DNA of 33,353 nt from Candidatus Nanopelagicales bacterium (lineage in GTDB: Bacteria > Actinomycetota > Actinomycetes > S36-B12): the NCBI GenBank assembly GCA_044360385.1, contig JBIKKK010000003.1:1-33353 (forward strand), given 5' to 3'. The notes below the pieces were generated by a model. It saw nothing but the letters and a program-made list of their open reading frames with translations, searched no databases and was not told where the DNA came from. This document shows, piece by piece, positions 1 through 8,658 of this stretch (within the stretch, counting starts at the first letter, position 1; each line of letters opens with the position of its first letter). Position numbers and translations under genes: made by a program.

Positions 1-1800
1 TGGACTCCGCCCTGGCGAGTCGTCGTCCGTGACCGACTTATCCGCGTGAGCGCGGCGCACGTGCGTGGCGAGGAGCGCTGGGAGTGCCCGACGCAGATCG
101 CCGTCAAGGCGCGCCCGACCCTGCAGGTCGATCGCGACTCTTCTGTGCGACCGACCTATCCCCCCTTCCACTCGTTTGCACTCGGCCTGGCGCGCGATGC
201 GGCCTACGCCGTCCTCGCCTCCGGCACCGATCCCGAGGTCGCGCTCGATCAGGTGTGCGCCACCTCTGCGGGGGATGTGGCCGAGGCGGCGCGCACTGTC
301 GCCCGGGAAGCGCTGCAGGGCTACCTCATCGCGGTCGCGCGCCTGCGGGACACATCTCAACTCGCCGACGAGACCGTCGTTCGCGAGTTCTTCGCCGCGG
401 ACGAGCCCGACAGGGGCGGCTTTGCCGCTCCGCCGGGCCAGACCGACGTGCGCGTCGAGTGGTCCGCGTGGGGACTCCTGCATGTGAGTCGAGACGGTGC
501 CGAGCGCGAGTACCACGTCCTCACCTGGGAGCAGGCGGGCACGCGCCACCGCGAGCCGGCGTACCTCGCCGTCTATGCCCGCGTCGCCGCGGACGCCGTC
601 ATGAAGCAGGAGGGCAGCCTTTGGCGCGAGCGCTGGCCAGCCGCCACGTCACAGCCGGGCCCGGCGCAGCGTGTGCGCGTGCGCGAGATCGGCATGCTTG
701 ATGCATCAGACGCTCTCCTGCTCGATTTGAGCGCGGAGGAGGCGCGCGAGCGATTCGGCGGCGTGGTCTCCGAGCGCATCCAGGTGCTTGGAGGCGGTGC
801 CTTCAATCCTGGAGCGCGCTGCGCGTCGTGTCCCGTCCGCTATGAGTGCCCCGGCGTGGCCCGCATGCCTGGTGTGCTCGGCGTCGCCGGGCCCGCGCTC
901 TGGACGCGCGCGCTCAGCCCCGGTGACCTGACGACGGCGCGCACCTGCACTTGGCAGATCCACCTGGAGCGGGAGCTCTCGCTGCCCCGGGCTCGTCGCG
1001 AGACCACCGAGGCGATGGTGCGCGGCACGCACCTGCACTCCTGGCTCGAGCATGCTCATGCGCGCCTTGTGCCTTGCACCGCCGAGGATCTGCCGCTGCC
1101 CGGCGAGGGACTGGGTGAGGTGGCCGGGCTCCTCGGCTGGGATGAGTCGACCTACGCCGCCCTGCGACCCTTCCTGCTCCAGCATGTGAGCGCATGTCCT
1201 CTCCATCGGGGAGATGTGGTCGCTGCCTACCCCGAGCAGTCGCTCACGGCGTGGGACACCGATGTCGATGTCGTCATGAGCACGCGCGCTGACCTCGTGG
1301 TGGAGACCACCGCCGGCTATCTCGTGCGCGAAACCAAGAGCGTCGGTGTGCAGGGTGACATGCCTCAGACGGCCGCCGAGGTCTTCGAGCGCTATCCGCA
1401 GGTGGCAGTGACCCTCTGCCTGCTTGCTGACGGGCTCGATCCCGTCACAGGTGAGGTGGCAGCGACCCCGCATCCCGCGCGGGTCGAGGTGGAGATCCTG
1501 CGGACCGACGGTCATGAGCTGCGCGGATTCGACACTTCGGATGCCGAGGCCGTGCTCATCGCGCGCGCGACCATCGCTGAGGCCATCGACACGATCCTCT
1601 ACACCCCAGCGGAGCCCCACGTCGGCCGTCACTGCTCCTGGTGCCCGGTGTCGCGCTGGTGCGAGGCCTATCGGGGTCGCGCCTCTGAGACGGACGACGT
1701 GGCCGACGGCGATTCCGGGGGAGACGAGCGACCGCGCATGTCGCTACTCGCCTACGCCGAGTCCGTCACGCTCGAGGTCGACTCCGAGATCCCCTTTTGA
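1..1800 (+). CDS. PD-(D/E)XK nuclease family protein with two tandem Cas4/AddB-like Fe-S domains (5' end lies outside window)
   Basis: Frame is open from base 1 (WTPPWRVVVRDRLIRVSA...), so the GTG at 46 is probably internal. C-terminal half has RGTHLH, E...RADLV...RETK and CSWCPVSRWC; N-terminal half has ECP and CASCPVRYECP. Confidence 0.75.
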   Translation, partial: WTPPWRVVVRDRLIRVSAAHVRGEERWECPTQIAVKARPTLQVDRDSSVRPTYPPFHSFALGLARDAAYAVLASGTDPEVALDQVCATSAGDVAEAARTVAREALQGYLIAVARLRDTSQLADETVVREFFAADEPDRGGFAAPPGQTDVRVEWSAWGLLHVSRDGAEREYHVLTWEQAGTRHREPAYLAVYARVAADAVMKQEGSLWRERWPAATSQPGPAQRVRVREIGMLDASDALLLDLSAEEARERFGGVVSERIQVLGGGAFNPGARCASCPVRYECPGVARMPGVLGVAGPALWTRALSPGDLTTARTCTWQIHLERELSLPRARRETTEAMVRGTHLHSWLEHAHARLVPCTAEDLPLPGEGLGEVAGLLGWDESTYAALRPFLLQHVSACPLHRGDVVAAYPEQSLTAWDTDVDVVMSTRADLVVETTAGYLVRETKSVGVQGDMPQTAAEVFERYPQVAVTLCLLADGLDPVTGEVAATPHPARVEVEILRTDGHELRGFDTSDAEAVLIARATIAEAIDTILYTPAEPHVGRHCSWCPVSRWCEAYRGRASETDDVADGDSGGDERPRMSLLAYAESVTLEVDSEIPF

Positions 1801-1837
1801 GGTCGCCCGGGACACTCGGATGTGCCACGCTCGGCCC

Positions 1838-2077
1838 ATGGCCGATCCGTCCACCCCAGAAACCGTCCCGGTGCCGTGGTCTGCCCGAGCCCCGCAGCGC
1901 TACGTCTTCGCCGCCCTCGCCGTCATCATCGGCATCGCAGTCGTGCTCACCGCGCTGGCATACATCCGCGCCGGCACCGGCGGCGTCGTGCCCTTCCTCA
2001 TGATCACGGTCGGTCCCGTGCTCGCTGTCGTCTACGTCTACTACTTCGGCTTCCGGAAGTTCGACCAGGTTGATTAG
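1838..2077 (+). CDS. Small 2-TM membrane protein (79 aa), hypothetical
   Basis: ATG at 1838, two hydrophobic segments, GC3-rich codons; preceded by CACGCT-N6-ATG. Confidence 0.7.
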   Translation: MADPSTPETVPVPWSARAPQRYVFAALAVIIGIAVVLTALAYIRAGTGGVVPFLMITVGPVLAVVYVYYFGFRKFDQVD

Positions 2078-2727
2078 CGCGCGCGGGCGGGGGCTTGGAT
2101 CCGAGGATTCCCGCAGGCGTTGACCTGCACGCGCAGCGCCGCCTGCTCGGTGGCGTCGACGGTGATCCGCCACCGCCACTTCACCGCGATCCACTCGCTT
2201 ACGTAGGTGCAGCTATACGCCGTGCGCGGGGGCAGCCACTCCGCGGGGTCCTGGTCACCCTTCGAGCGATTGCTCGATGCGGTGACGGCAATGAGCGATC
2301 CGGCGTACCCGCGATCGTTGGCGAATGCTTCGCGCACCTCGGTCGTCCATCGCCGTGCGCCTGATCCCCAGGCCTCCGCCAGCGGCACCATGTGGTCGAC
2401 ATCCAGTAGCGAGGGATCGCGCACGGTGACGCCATCGAACTCAGAGAACCAGCGTCCTGAGCCGACCGGGCATGAGCGACCGGTGCTGGGTCCGCTCCGA
2501 GCCTCACTGATGAGGACCAGGTCGCGCACGTCGCAGTCGCCACCGACGTAGTCCCAGTGCGGGAAGAGCTCGCGGTCGTAGCCCGCGGGACGCTCCGGCG
2601 CCACGGTGAGGGATCGCAGCATCGACAGGACCGAGCGCTCCTGGGCACTCGCAGGTGGCGCAACCAAGGCGCTGAGGCCGAGACCGGCCGAGAGTGCGAG
2701 GACCAGTGCGGTCGTACGACGACGCAT
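2074..2727 (-). CDS. Secreted HNH endonuclease family protein (DUF1524-like)
   Basis: Signal peptide MRRR...ASA; motifs GYDRELF, DVDHMVPLAEAW, NRSKGDQDPAEWLP; purine-rich RBS before ATG at 2727. Confidence 0.85.
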   Translation of the reverse strand: MRRRTTALVLALSAGLGLSALVAPPASAQERSVLSMLRSLTVAPERPAGYDRELFPHWDYVGGDCDVRDLVLISEARSGPSTGRSCPVGSGRWFSEFDGVTVRDPSLLDVDHMVPLAEAWGSGARRWTTEVREAFANDRGYAGSLIAVTASSNRSKGDQDPAEWLPPRTAYSCTYVSEWIAVKWRWRITVDATEQAALRVQVNACGNPRIQAPARAR

Positions 2728-2740
2728 GACTCCCCCTGAC

Positions 2741-2799
2741 TTCTTGCCACCTATGTCGACTTTGGCGTGCAAGGAAGTCGCGATAAGTGGCGGAAACGG
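2741..2799. repeat. REP-like ~56-bp imperfect palindrome, copy A
   Basis: Right arm GGAAGTCGCGATAAGTGGCGGAAACGG (2773-2799) matches 31833-31859 at 25/27; left arm is partly complementary. Confidence 0.7.
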
Positions 2800-2811
2800 T
2801 CTAGGTCGACC

Positions 2812-3741
2812 CTAGCCCGCGGGAGGGCTGAGTCGCTCGGCGGCGACGTCGCGCGCGATATCGAGGAAACGATCGACCGCGGGGGTACGCCGCTGAGCGG
2901 GGGGCACAGCCAGCAGGATTGAGCGCGGGGCGATGGGGGGCACCGTGGGCAGCACGACGACCTCGGGGTCGTCGAGGTCCACCGCGAGCTGCGGCATGAT
3001 CGCCGCCCCCATGCCGTTGCGCACCATGGCCTGCTTGGCGCCGTTGTCATTGGTGCGGAAGGCGTAGGGGGCTGTGACACCCGCGTCGCGGATGTGCTGA
3101 TCGATGTAGTCCTGCGTCGTGCCGACATGCTCGCCAATGAGACCGAGCTCGGCGATCTCGCGCATGGTGATCGATGTCGCACCGAGATAGGGATCACGTC
3201 GAGGGAGCACGGCGACGAAAGGATCCGTGCCGAGGTCGATGAGTTCGACCGATGTGTCGAAGACGGGACCGGCGACGAAGGCTACGTCGATATCGCCGGA
3301 GTGGAAGCGCTCGATGAGCTCTGAATTCTCATCCTCCTCGATCGCGCGCATGATGAGGCCCGGGATCTCGCGCCGCACGCGTCCGACGATGTCGGGCAGA
3401 AGCTCGACGGCGACGCTCTGGAAGGTGCCGATGATGAGCCGGCCGCCGGTGCCGGCCGCAATGTCAGCGATCTCTTCGCGTGCGGCATCAAGGCGATCGA
3501 GGATGACCTCGGCGTGTGCGAGCAGGGCTCGACCGACAGGGGTGAGGATGACCGGCTTTGGACCGCCGGGACGTTCGAAGACCGGGCTGCCCACCAGGGA
3601 CTCCAGGCCCGCGATCTGCTGGCTGATCGCCGCCTGGGAGTAGCCGAGGATGTCGGCGGCGCCACGGAAGGTCCCCTCCTCCGCGACGGCGCGAAGCGCC
3701 TCGAGGTGGCGCACCTCATAGCGCGGAGGGCCGAAGACCAT
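2812..3741 (-). CDS. LysR family transcriptional regulator
   Basis: N-terminal HTH (TFRGAADILGYSQAAISQQIAGLE, LTPVG) plus substrate-binding domain; likely start ATG at 3741. Confidence 0.93.
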   Translation of the reverse strand: MVFGPPRYEVRHLEALRAVAEEGTFRGAADILGYSQAAISQQIAGLESLVGSPVFERPGGPKPVILTPVGRALLAHAEVILDRLDAAREEIADIAAGTGGRLIIGTFQSVAVELLPDIVGRVRREIPGLIMRAIEEDENSELIERFHSGDIDVAFVAGPVFDTSVELIDLGTDPFVAVLPRRDPYLGATSITMREIAELGLIGEHVGTTQDYIDQHIRDAGVTAPYAFRTNDNGAKQAMVRNGMGAAIMPQLAVDLDDPEVVVLPTVPPIAPRSILLAVPPAQRRTPAVDRFLDIARDVAAERLSPPAG

Positions 3742-3744
3742 TCG

Positions 3745-3780
3745 ATAAGCATATTCGATCGACACGATGAGAATTCATCG
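3745..3780. promoter_or_regulatory. Putative LysR binding region in divergent promoter
   Basis: ATAAGCATATTCGAT (3745-3759) fits T-N11-A; inverted repeat CGATGA-GAAT-TCATCG at 3765-3780; AT-rich patch between divergent genes. Confidence 0.5.
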
Positions 3781-3860
3781 CTTTACGTGATGTAATCCGC
3801 GACCTACTCTCAAGACATCGGCACTTCCCCCGATGCAGATCAGCACTTAAAGGAGTAGTC

Positions 3861-4106
3861 ATGACCCTCACCCGCACCTCTCTCGAGGGCCTGGCCCGCC
3901 GCGTCGCGGAGTCCGGCCTCGCCGCCGCGCCCGCCGCCGACCTCAACGTGCTCGCTGAGACCGCCGAGGTCATCGGCCTCAGCCCGGTCCTCACCGAGGT
4001 CCTCGTGGACCCCTCGGAGCCGATCGTGGCCCGTGAGCGCGCCTTCAGCCTCATCGCCTGCGCCGTCTCCGGCCGGGTGCGCCGCGGGGTAGCCCTCGCC
4101 GCCTGA
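3861..4106 (+). CDS. Small hypothetical protein (81 aa), divergent from LysR
   Basis: AAGGAG RBS, very high GC3 codon bias. Confidence 0.8.
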   Translation: MTLTRTSLEGLARRVAESGLAAAPAADLNVLAETAEVIGLSPVLTEVLVDPSEPIVARERAFSLIACAVSGRVRRGVALAA

Positions 4107-4142
4107 TCCACAGCGTCCGACTGCGCCTGCCATCCTGCTGGG

Positions 4143-5081
4143 ATGGCAGGCGCTGTCAATTCCGAGATCGCAGCCTGGCTTGCTGCCTACCCCGCACCCG
4201 ACATTGACTACCACGATGTCGCGGCGGTGCGCGCGATGACGGACCGCTACATGGCGGAGCACGGCGGGCCCGCTCCGCGATGGCCGCGCGACGACGTGCA
4301 GATGGAGCCGATCACGATCGCCGGTATCGAAGCGCTGATGTGGCGTCCACGCAACATCGAGGATCCGCTTCCCGTGGTCCTCGCTTTTCACGGGGGCGCC
4401 TTCATTGTCGGAGGGCCGCTCGGAGCTGAGCGGATTGCCGTACCCCTCGCGGCGGAGCACGGCATCTGCACGGTGAGCCTCGCCTATCCGCGTGCACCTG
4501 AGCACCGAGCACCTGTCGCCCGTGATGCCGCGCGTGCCGCACTCGCGGGCCTCGCGAATGTCCCCGGAGTGGACCCGCAGCGCGTCGCCGTGCACGGCTC
4601 GAGCGCAGGAGCCTGCCTGGCCGCGGGCCTTGCCCTCCATGCACGAGACATCGGCAGGCGCTTGGCGCTGCAGTCACTGAGCTGCCCGGCGCTGGACTCG
4701 CGTGCCCCTGCCACGACCGATACGCGTCACTCCATGCGGGGCTACTCACCGACACTCACCCATGAGGCCGTGATCGCGATGTGGGAGCACTACCTTGGAG
4801 GTGCTGACCCAGAGTCACCAGAGCTGCGGTACGCCGTACCCGCACTCGCCGATGACCTGCGCGGTGTCGCTCCCGCGCACCTCACCGTCGCGGAGCACGA
4901 CGTGCTGCGTGATGAGGCTCTCGACTATGCGCGACGCCTGGCGGATGCCGGAGTGTCCGTGGGACTCGACCTGGTGCCGGGAAGCGTGCACGGCTTCGAT
5001 GGTCTCTTGCCCGAATCGCGTATTGCCCGCACGGCGATCGATCGCCAGATCAGCGCGCTCGCAGCTGCGCTGCATGCCTGA
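4143..5081 (+). CDS. Alpha/beta hydrolase, HSL-family esterase/lipase
   Basis: HGGAF oxyanion motif, GSSAG nucleophile, EHDVLRDE acid, HGF histidine. Confidence 0.9.
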   Translation: MAGAVNSEIAAWLAAYPAPDIDYHDVAAVRAMTDRYMAEHGGPAPRWPRDDVQMEPITIAGIEALMWRPRNIEDPLPVVLAFHGGAFIVGGPLGAERIAVPLAAEHGICTVSLAYPRAPEHRAPVARDAARAALAGLANVPGVDPQRVAVHGSSAGACLAAGLALHARDIGRRLALQSLSCPALDSRAPATTDTRHSMRGYSPTLTHEAVIAMWEHYLGGADPESPELRYAVPALADDLRGVAPAHLTVAEHDVLRDEALDYARRLADAGVSVGLDLVPGSVHGFDGLLPESRIARTAIDRQISALAAALHA

Positions 5082-5084
5082 TGA

Positions 5085-5558
5085 TCAGGAAGGCGTGGGT
5101 GTCGGTGTCGGGATGATGGTCGTGGGGCAATTGTTGGAGAAGAATCCCTCGACCACGTCGACGCTCTCGATGAAGGCGGGATCGCCGAACTGGGTCTCGG
5201 CCTCCAAGCCCAGCGGCGGCAGGTCGCCGTTGCCGCTGATGACATCGCGAACGCGGTCGGCGAAGCGCTGGGAGACGGCCACGAATCCCTGGGCCTCCTG
5301 TGGCAGGCCGGGGAGCTGATCGACGATGGCTCGGGCGGAGAGGCCGAACTCTGCGGCCGCCGGCCCGGCGGTTCCGGCATCGGAGGCCTCAAGGGCGTTG
5401 GCCATGTCGCGGAAGGCCAGGGAGTAGTCGGCGATGGCCTGGGCCGCGGCCGGGCAGTCGATCGCGATGTTGTCCGCCGGGGACAGGGTCGAGGCGGAAC
5501 TTCCGCAGGCGGTGAGCGACAGGGCGGTGAGCCCGGCGACGATGACGGCCCGCTTCAC
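5085..5558 (-). CDS. Putative lipoprotein
   Basis: GTG start with TACAGT-N6; lipobox LTAC; Pro/Thr C-terminal tail. Confidence 0.75.
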   Translation of the reverse strand: MKRAVIVAGLTALSLTACGSSASTLSPADNIAIDCPAAAQAIADYSLAFRDMANALEASDAGTAGPAAAEFGLSARAIVDQLPGLPQEAQGFVAVSQRFADRVRDVISGNGDLPPLGLEAETQFGDPAFIESVDVVEGFFSNNCPTTIIPTPTPTPS

Positions 5559-5695
5559 CCGTTCACTGTAAGCGTGCACCGGGGTTGAGGCGAGGCCGGC
5601 ACATACGACTTCTCGCATTCGGCCCCCTAAGCGGGCACACCCTCCTAGGGTTTAACCGTCTTATCCCGTCGAACCCCGGAGCCCCCGTGTCTGAC

Positions 5696-5977
5696 ATGTC
5701 GATCCCCGCAGGCCCCCCGAAGGACTACACCGCCCTCGCCATCATCGGCACCATCCTGAGCGCCTGCACGTCGTGCATTGGGCTCATCACCGGGATCATC
5801 GCGATCGTCCAGAACAACAAGGCCAAGAATCTCTACGCCGCAGGCGATGTCGCGGGTGCTTACTCGGCGGCCAACACCGCCAAGATCCTCCTCATCGTGA
5901 CCTGGGTTCTCGTCGTCGTCGGAGTGATCTTCAGCGGCGGCCTCTTCCTCACCGGCAACTACCCCATCGGCGGCTAG
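5696..5977 (+). CDS. CD225/dispanin family membrane protein
   Basis: PPKDY-LAI...C..GIIAIV...YAAGDVAGA.SA..AK pattern with two hydrophobic segments. Confidence 0.8.
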   Translation: MSIPAGPPKDYTALAIIGTILSACTSCIGLITGIIAIVQNNKAKNLYAAGDVAGAYSAANTAKILLIVTWVLVVVGVIFSGGLFLTGNYPIGG

Positions 5978-6022
5978 ACCCCTCGGGTCGCCGAGGCCGC
6001 TGTCCCGCGGGACGATAGGGCC

Positions 6023-7258
6023 GTGACCACCGCGGATGTCCTTGCCGTCGGCGCCGGGCCAGCTGGCTCGGCGGCCGCGGCATGGTGCGCCCGCGCAGGC
6101 CTCGACACCGTGCTCCTCGATGCCGAGGAGTTCCCCCGCGACAAGCCCTGCGGCGACGGCCTCACCCCGCGCGCTATTGCCGAGCTCACGGCGCTCGGCC
6201 TCGGACCTTGGCTCGAGGGCCGCGCGCGTAATCGCGGGCTGCGCGCGGCCGGCTTCGATCAACTGCTCTACCTCCCCTGGCCGGGAGGCAACCTCCCCGA
6301 CTATGGCGGTGCAGCACCGCGCCTGGAGCTCGACGCCGCCATCCGCCAGGTCGCCCTGGATGCGGGTGCCCAGGCCATCGAGGGCGCTCGCGCTGTCGAT
6401 GTCACCCGCGACGGCGATCGGGTCACCGCTGTCACCGTCAAGACGAGCGACGGCGTGCGCGAGATCGCCTGCCGCAGACTGATCGTCGCCGATGGGGCTC
6501 GCTCGCAACTCGGCCGCGTGCTCGGCCGCGAGTGGCATCGCGACACGGCGTACGGCGTAGCCGCGCGCGGCTACATCAAGTCCGGCCGCAGCGATGACGA
6601 GTGGATCTCCTCGCACCTCGAGCTGCGCGGAGAGGACGATCGCATCCTCTCAGGATACGGCTGGATCTTCCCCCTCGGCGATGGCGAGGTGAACATCGGC
6701 GTGGGCACACTTGCCACCGCGCAGCGACCGGCCGACGTCAACCTCCGCTCGCTGCTCAACTACTACGCCGACACCCAGCGAGACGACTGGGAGCTCCACG
6801 ATGACGTGCGTGCCCCCTGGTCGGCACTGCTCCCCATGGGTGGCGCGGTGAGTGGCGTCTCGGGACCCAACTGGCTGCTCATCGGCGACGCGGCCGGCTG
6901 CGTGAATCCACTCAATGGCGAGGGGATCGACTACGGGCTCGAGACGGGGCATCTCGCCGCGCAGGTCATCACCTCGCGCGGGCCGAGCTATGACCTCTCG
7001 ACGATCTGGCCCGGCTTGCTGCGCGAGAGATACGGCGAGGCCTTCTCCATCGCGCGCCGACTCGCGGGTCTCATCACGGTGCCGGGGCTGCTCCCGACAC
7101 TCGGTCCGATTGGCATGCGTTCGCAGATCCTCATGACCATCGCGCTGCGCGTCATGGGCAACCTCGTCACTCCTGAGGACCGAGACGCCACCGCACGCCT
7201 GTGGCGCACCGCCGGCCGCGCATCCGTGCGCCTCGACGATCGCCCACCCTTCAGCTGA
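6023..7258 (+). CDS. Geranylgeranyl reductase family FAD oxidoreductase (MenJ-like menaquinone reductase)
   Basis: VGAGPAGS, FPRDKPCGDGLTPRA, GYGWIFP, GDAAGCVNPLNGEGIDYG. Confidence 0.88.
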   Translation: MTTADVLAVGAGPAGSAAAAWCARAGLDTVLLDAEEFPRDKPCGDGLTPRAIAELTALGLGPWLEGRARNRGLRAAGFDQLLYLPWPGGNLPDYGGAAPRLELDAAIRQVALDAGAQAIEGARAVDVTRDGDRVTAVTVKTSDGVREIACRRLIVADGARSQLGRVLGREWHRDTAYGVAARGYIKSGRSDDEWISSHLELRGEDDRILSGYGWIFPLGDGEVNIGVGTLATAQRPADVNLRSLLNYYADTQRDDWELHDDVRAPWSALLPMGGAVSGVSGPNWLLIGDAAGCVNPLNGEGIDYGLETGHLAAQVITSRGPSYDLSTIWPGLLRERYGEAFSIARRLAGLITVPGLLPTLGPIGMRSQILMTIALRVMGNLVTPEDRDATARLWRTAGRASVRLDDRPPFS

Positions 7259-8259
7259 TGACCACGGTCGCGGTCACAGGAGTCTCCGGCTTCATCGGTG
7301 ATGCCATCGCGCGGCGCTACGCCGATGCCGGTGCGACGGTGCGGGGACTCGACCGTCGAATCCCGGATCCCTTCGATCCGCTGACGCCTGATGCCGACCC
7401 GCGCGTGGAGTACGTGACGGGTGACGTCACACGCCCGGCCGACCTAAGGCGCCTCGTTGCGGGCGCGGACATCGTCATCCACACCGCGGCCATCGTCGCG
7501 GAATCAGGTGACTGGGGTGACTTCGACCGCGTCAATGCTCAGTCGCCCCGATGGGCGGCGCTCGCCGCCCGCGATGCCGGCGCGCGCTCCTTTGTGCACC
7601 TGTCGAGTGTCATGGTGCACGGCTTCGACTTCCCGCACGGCGTGGCCGAGGACGGCCCCCTCAACCACGCGGCCAATCCCTACTGCGCTACCAAGATCCG
7701 CGCGGAGCACCTCCTGCGCGACCTCGATAGTCCTGGCGAGTTCGCCGTCCACATCATTCGGCCTGGAGATGTCTACGGCCCCTTCTCGACCCCGTGGATC
7801 GTGCGACCAGTGCAGCACATGCGTGAGCGCACCTTCCTCTACGTCTCGCCATCGGCAATCAACCACGTCTACATCGACAATCTCGTGGATGCCATCGAGG
7901 CCGTGGTGGATGCAGGAGATGAGTGGAGCGGCGTACCCGTCACGGCGACCGATGGTGTCGCGACGCCGGCGAAGGAGTTCTACGGTTACTACGCCGATCT
8001 GCTTGGCCTGCGCTTCGCCCCGACTGTGCCGGGGTGGCTGGCGGAGCCGACAGTCGGCGTCCTGGCGGCCGCGCTTCCTGAGGGCCTGCGGCGGCGCCTC
8101 GACCTTGACCGCCAGTCGATCAGGTACCTACGCCGGCACGGCGCCTACGACACATGGAGGCTCCGAGGGCTCGGCTGGCGGCCTTGGGTCACCCTTGCCG
8201 AGGGACGCGAGCGGACTGCGGCGTGGCTGCGAGAGGTGGGACTGCTCCCGGCGACGTAG
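7258..8259 (+). CDS. NAD-dependent epimerase/dehydratase (extended SDR)
   Basis: TGVSGFIG, YCATK (YxxxK), RPGDVYGP; TGATG overlap with upstream gene. Confidence 0.88.
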   Translation: MTTVAVTGVSGFIGDAIARRYADAGATVRGLDRRIPDPFDPLTPDADPRVEYVTGDVTRPADLRRLVAGADIVIHTAAIVAESGDWGDFDRVNAQSPRWAALAARDAGARSFVHLSSVMVHGFDFPHGVAEDGPLNHAANPYCATKIRAEHLLRDLDSPGEFAVHIIRPGDVYGPFSTPWIVRPVQHMRERTFLYVSPSAINHVYIDNLVDAIEAVVDAGDEWSGVPVTATDGVATPAKEFYGYYADLLGLRFAPTVPGWLAEPTVGVLAAALPEGLRRRLDLDRQSIRYLRRHGAYDTWRLRGLGWRPWVTLAEGRERTAAWLREVGLLPAT

Positions 8260-8268
8260 GGTCGAGGC

Positions 8269-8628
8269 ATGCAGCTTCGCCAGTCGCTCACCCCTGGTCG
8301 CCGAGGGATGCTCGTACGGCTCACCGCGGAGGAGGGGCGACGCCCCGCTCTGCTGGATGCGCTGCACCGCTACAGCGATGGACTTGATGAGGAGCCGGGC
8401 ACGGAGCTCTTCATCGTGCACCTGGATCCCGACGATGCCAATGTCGTGTGGCTCTACGAGATCTTCCATGACGACGAGGCGCAGAATGAGCATCGTGCGG
8501 CTGAGGGCTTCGCGCAGTTGATGACTGAGTTGCCCGACGTCCTGGGTGCACCACCCGCCATCCTGCGACTCGATCCGCTGCGCATGTCCCTCCAGGAACA
8601 GGTGCTCAGCGAGGACCTGACCCTCTAG
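8269..8628 (+). CDS. Antibiotic biosynthesis monooxygenase (ABM) family protein
   Basis: EPGTELFIVH...VWLYEIF...H pattern; TAGGGT-N6-ATG. Confidence 0.75.
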   Translation: MQLRQSLTPGRRGMLVRLTAEEGRRPALLDALHRYSDGLDEEPGTELFIVHLDPDDANVVWLYEIFHDDEAQNEHRAAEGFAQLMTELPDVLGAPPAILRLDPLRMSLQEQVLSEDLTL

Positions 8629-8658
8629 CGGGCGTGTAGCCCGGAGGAGACTGGTCCC

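Noticed and set aside
1-1800. CRISPR-Cas locus suggested by Cas4-like Cys motifs
   Set aside because: No repeat-spacer array, cas1 or cas2 in the window.
2074-2727. HNH/DUF1524 protein as part of a defence system with the left-edge nuclease
   Set aside because: It has a signal peptide, lies on the opposite strand and matches the common secreted actinobacterial nuclease type.
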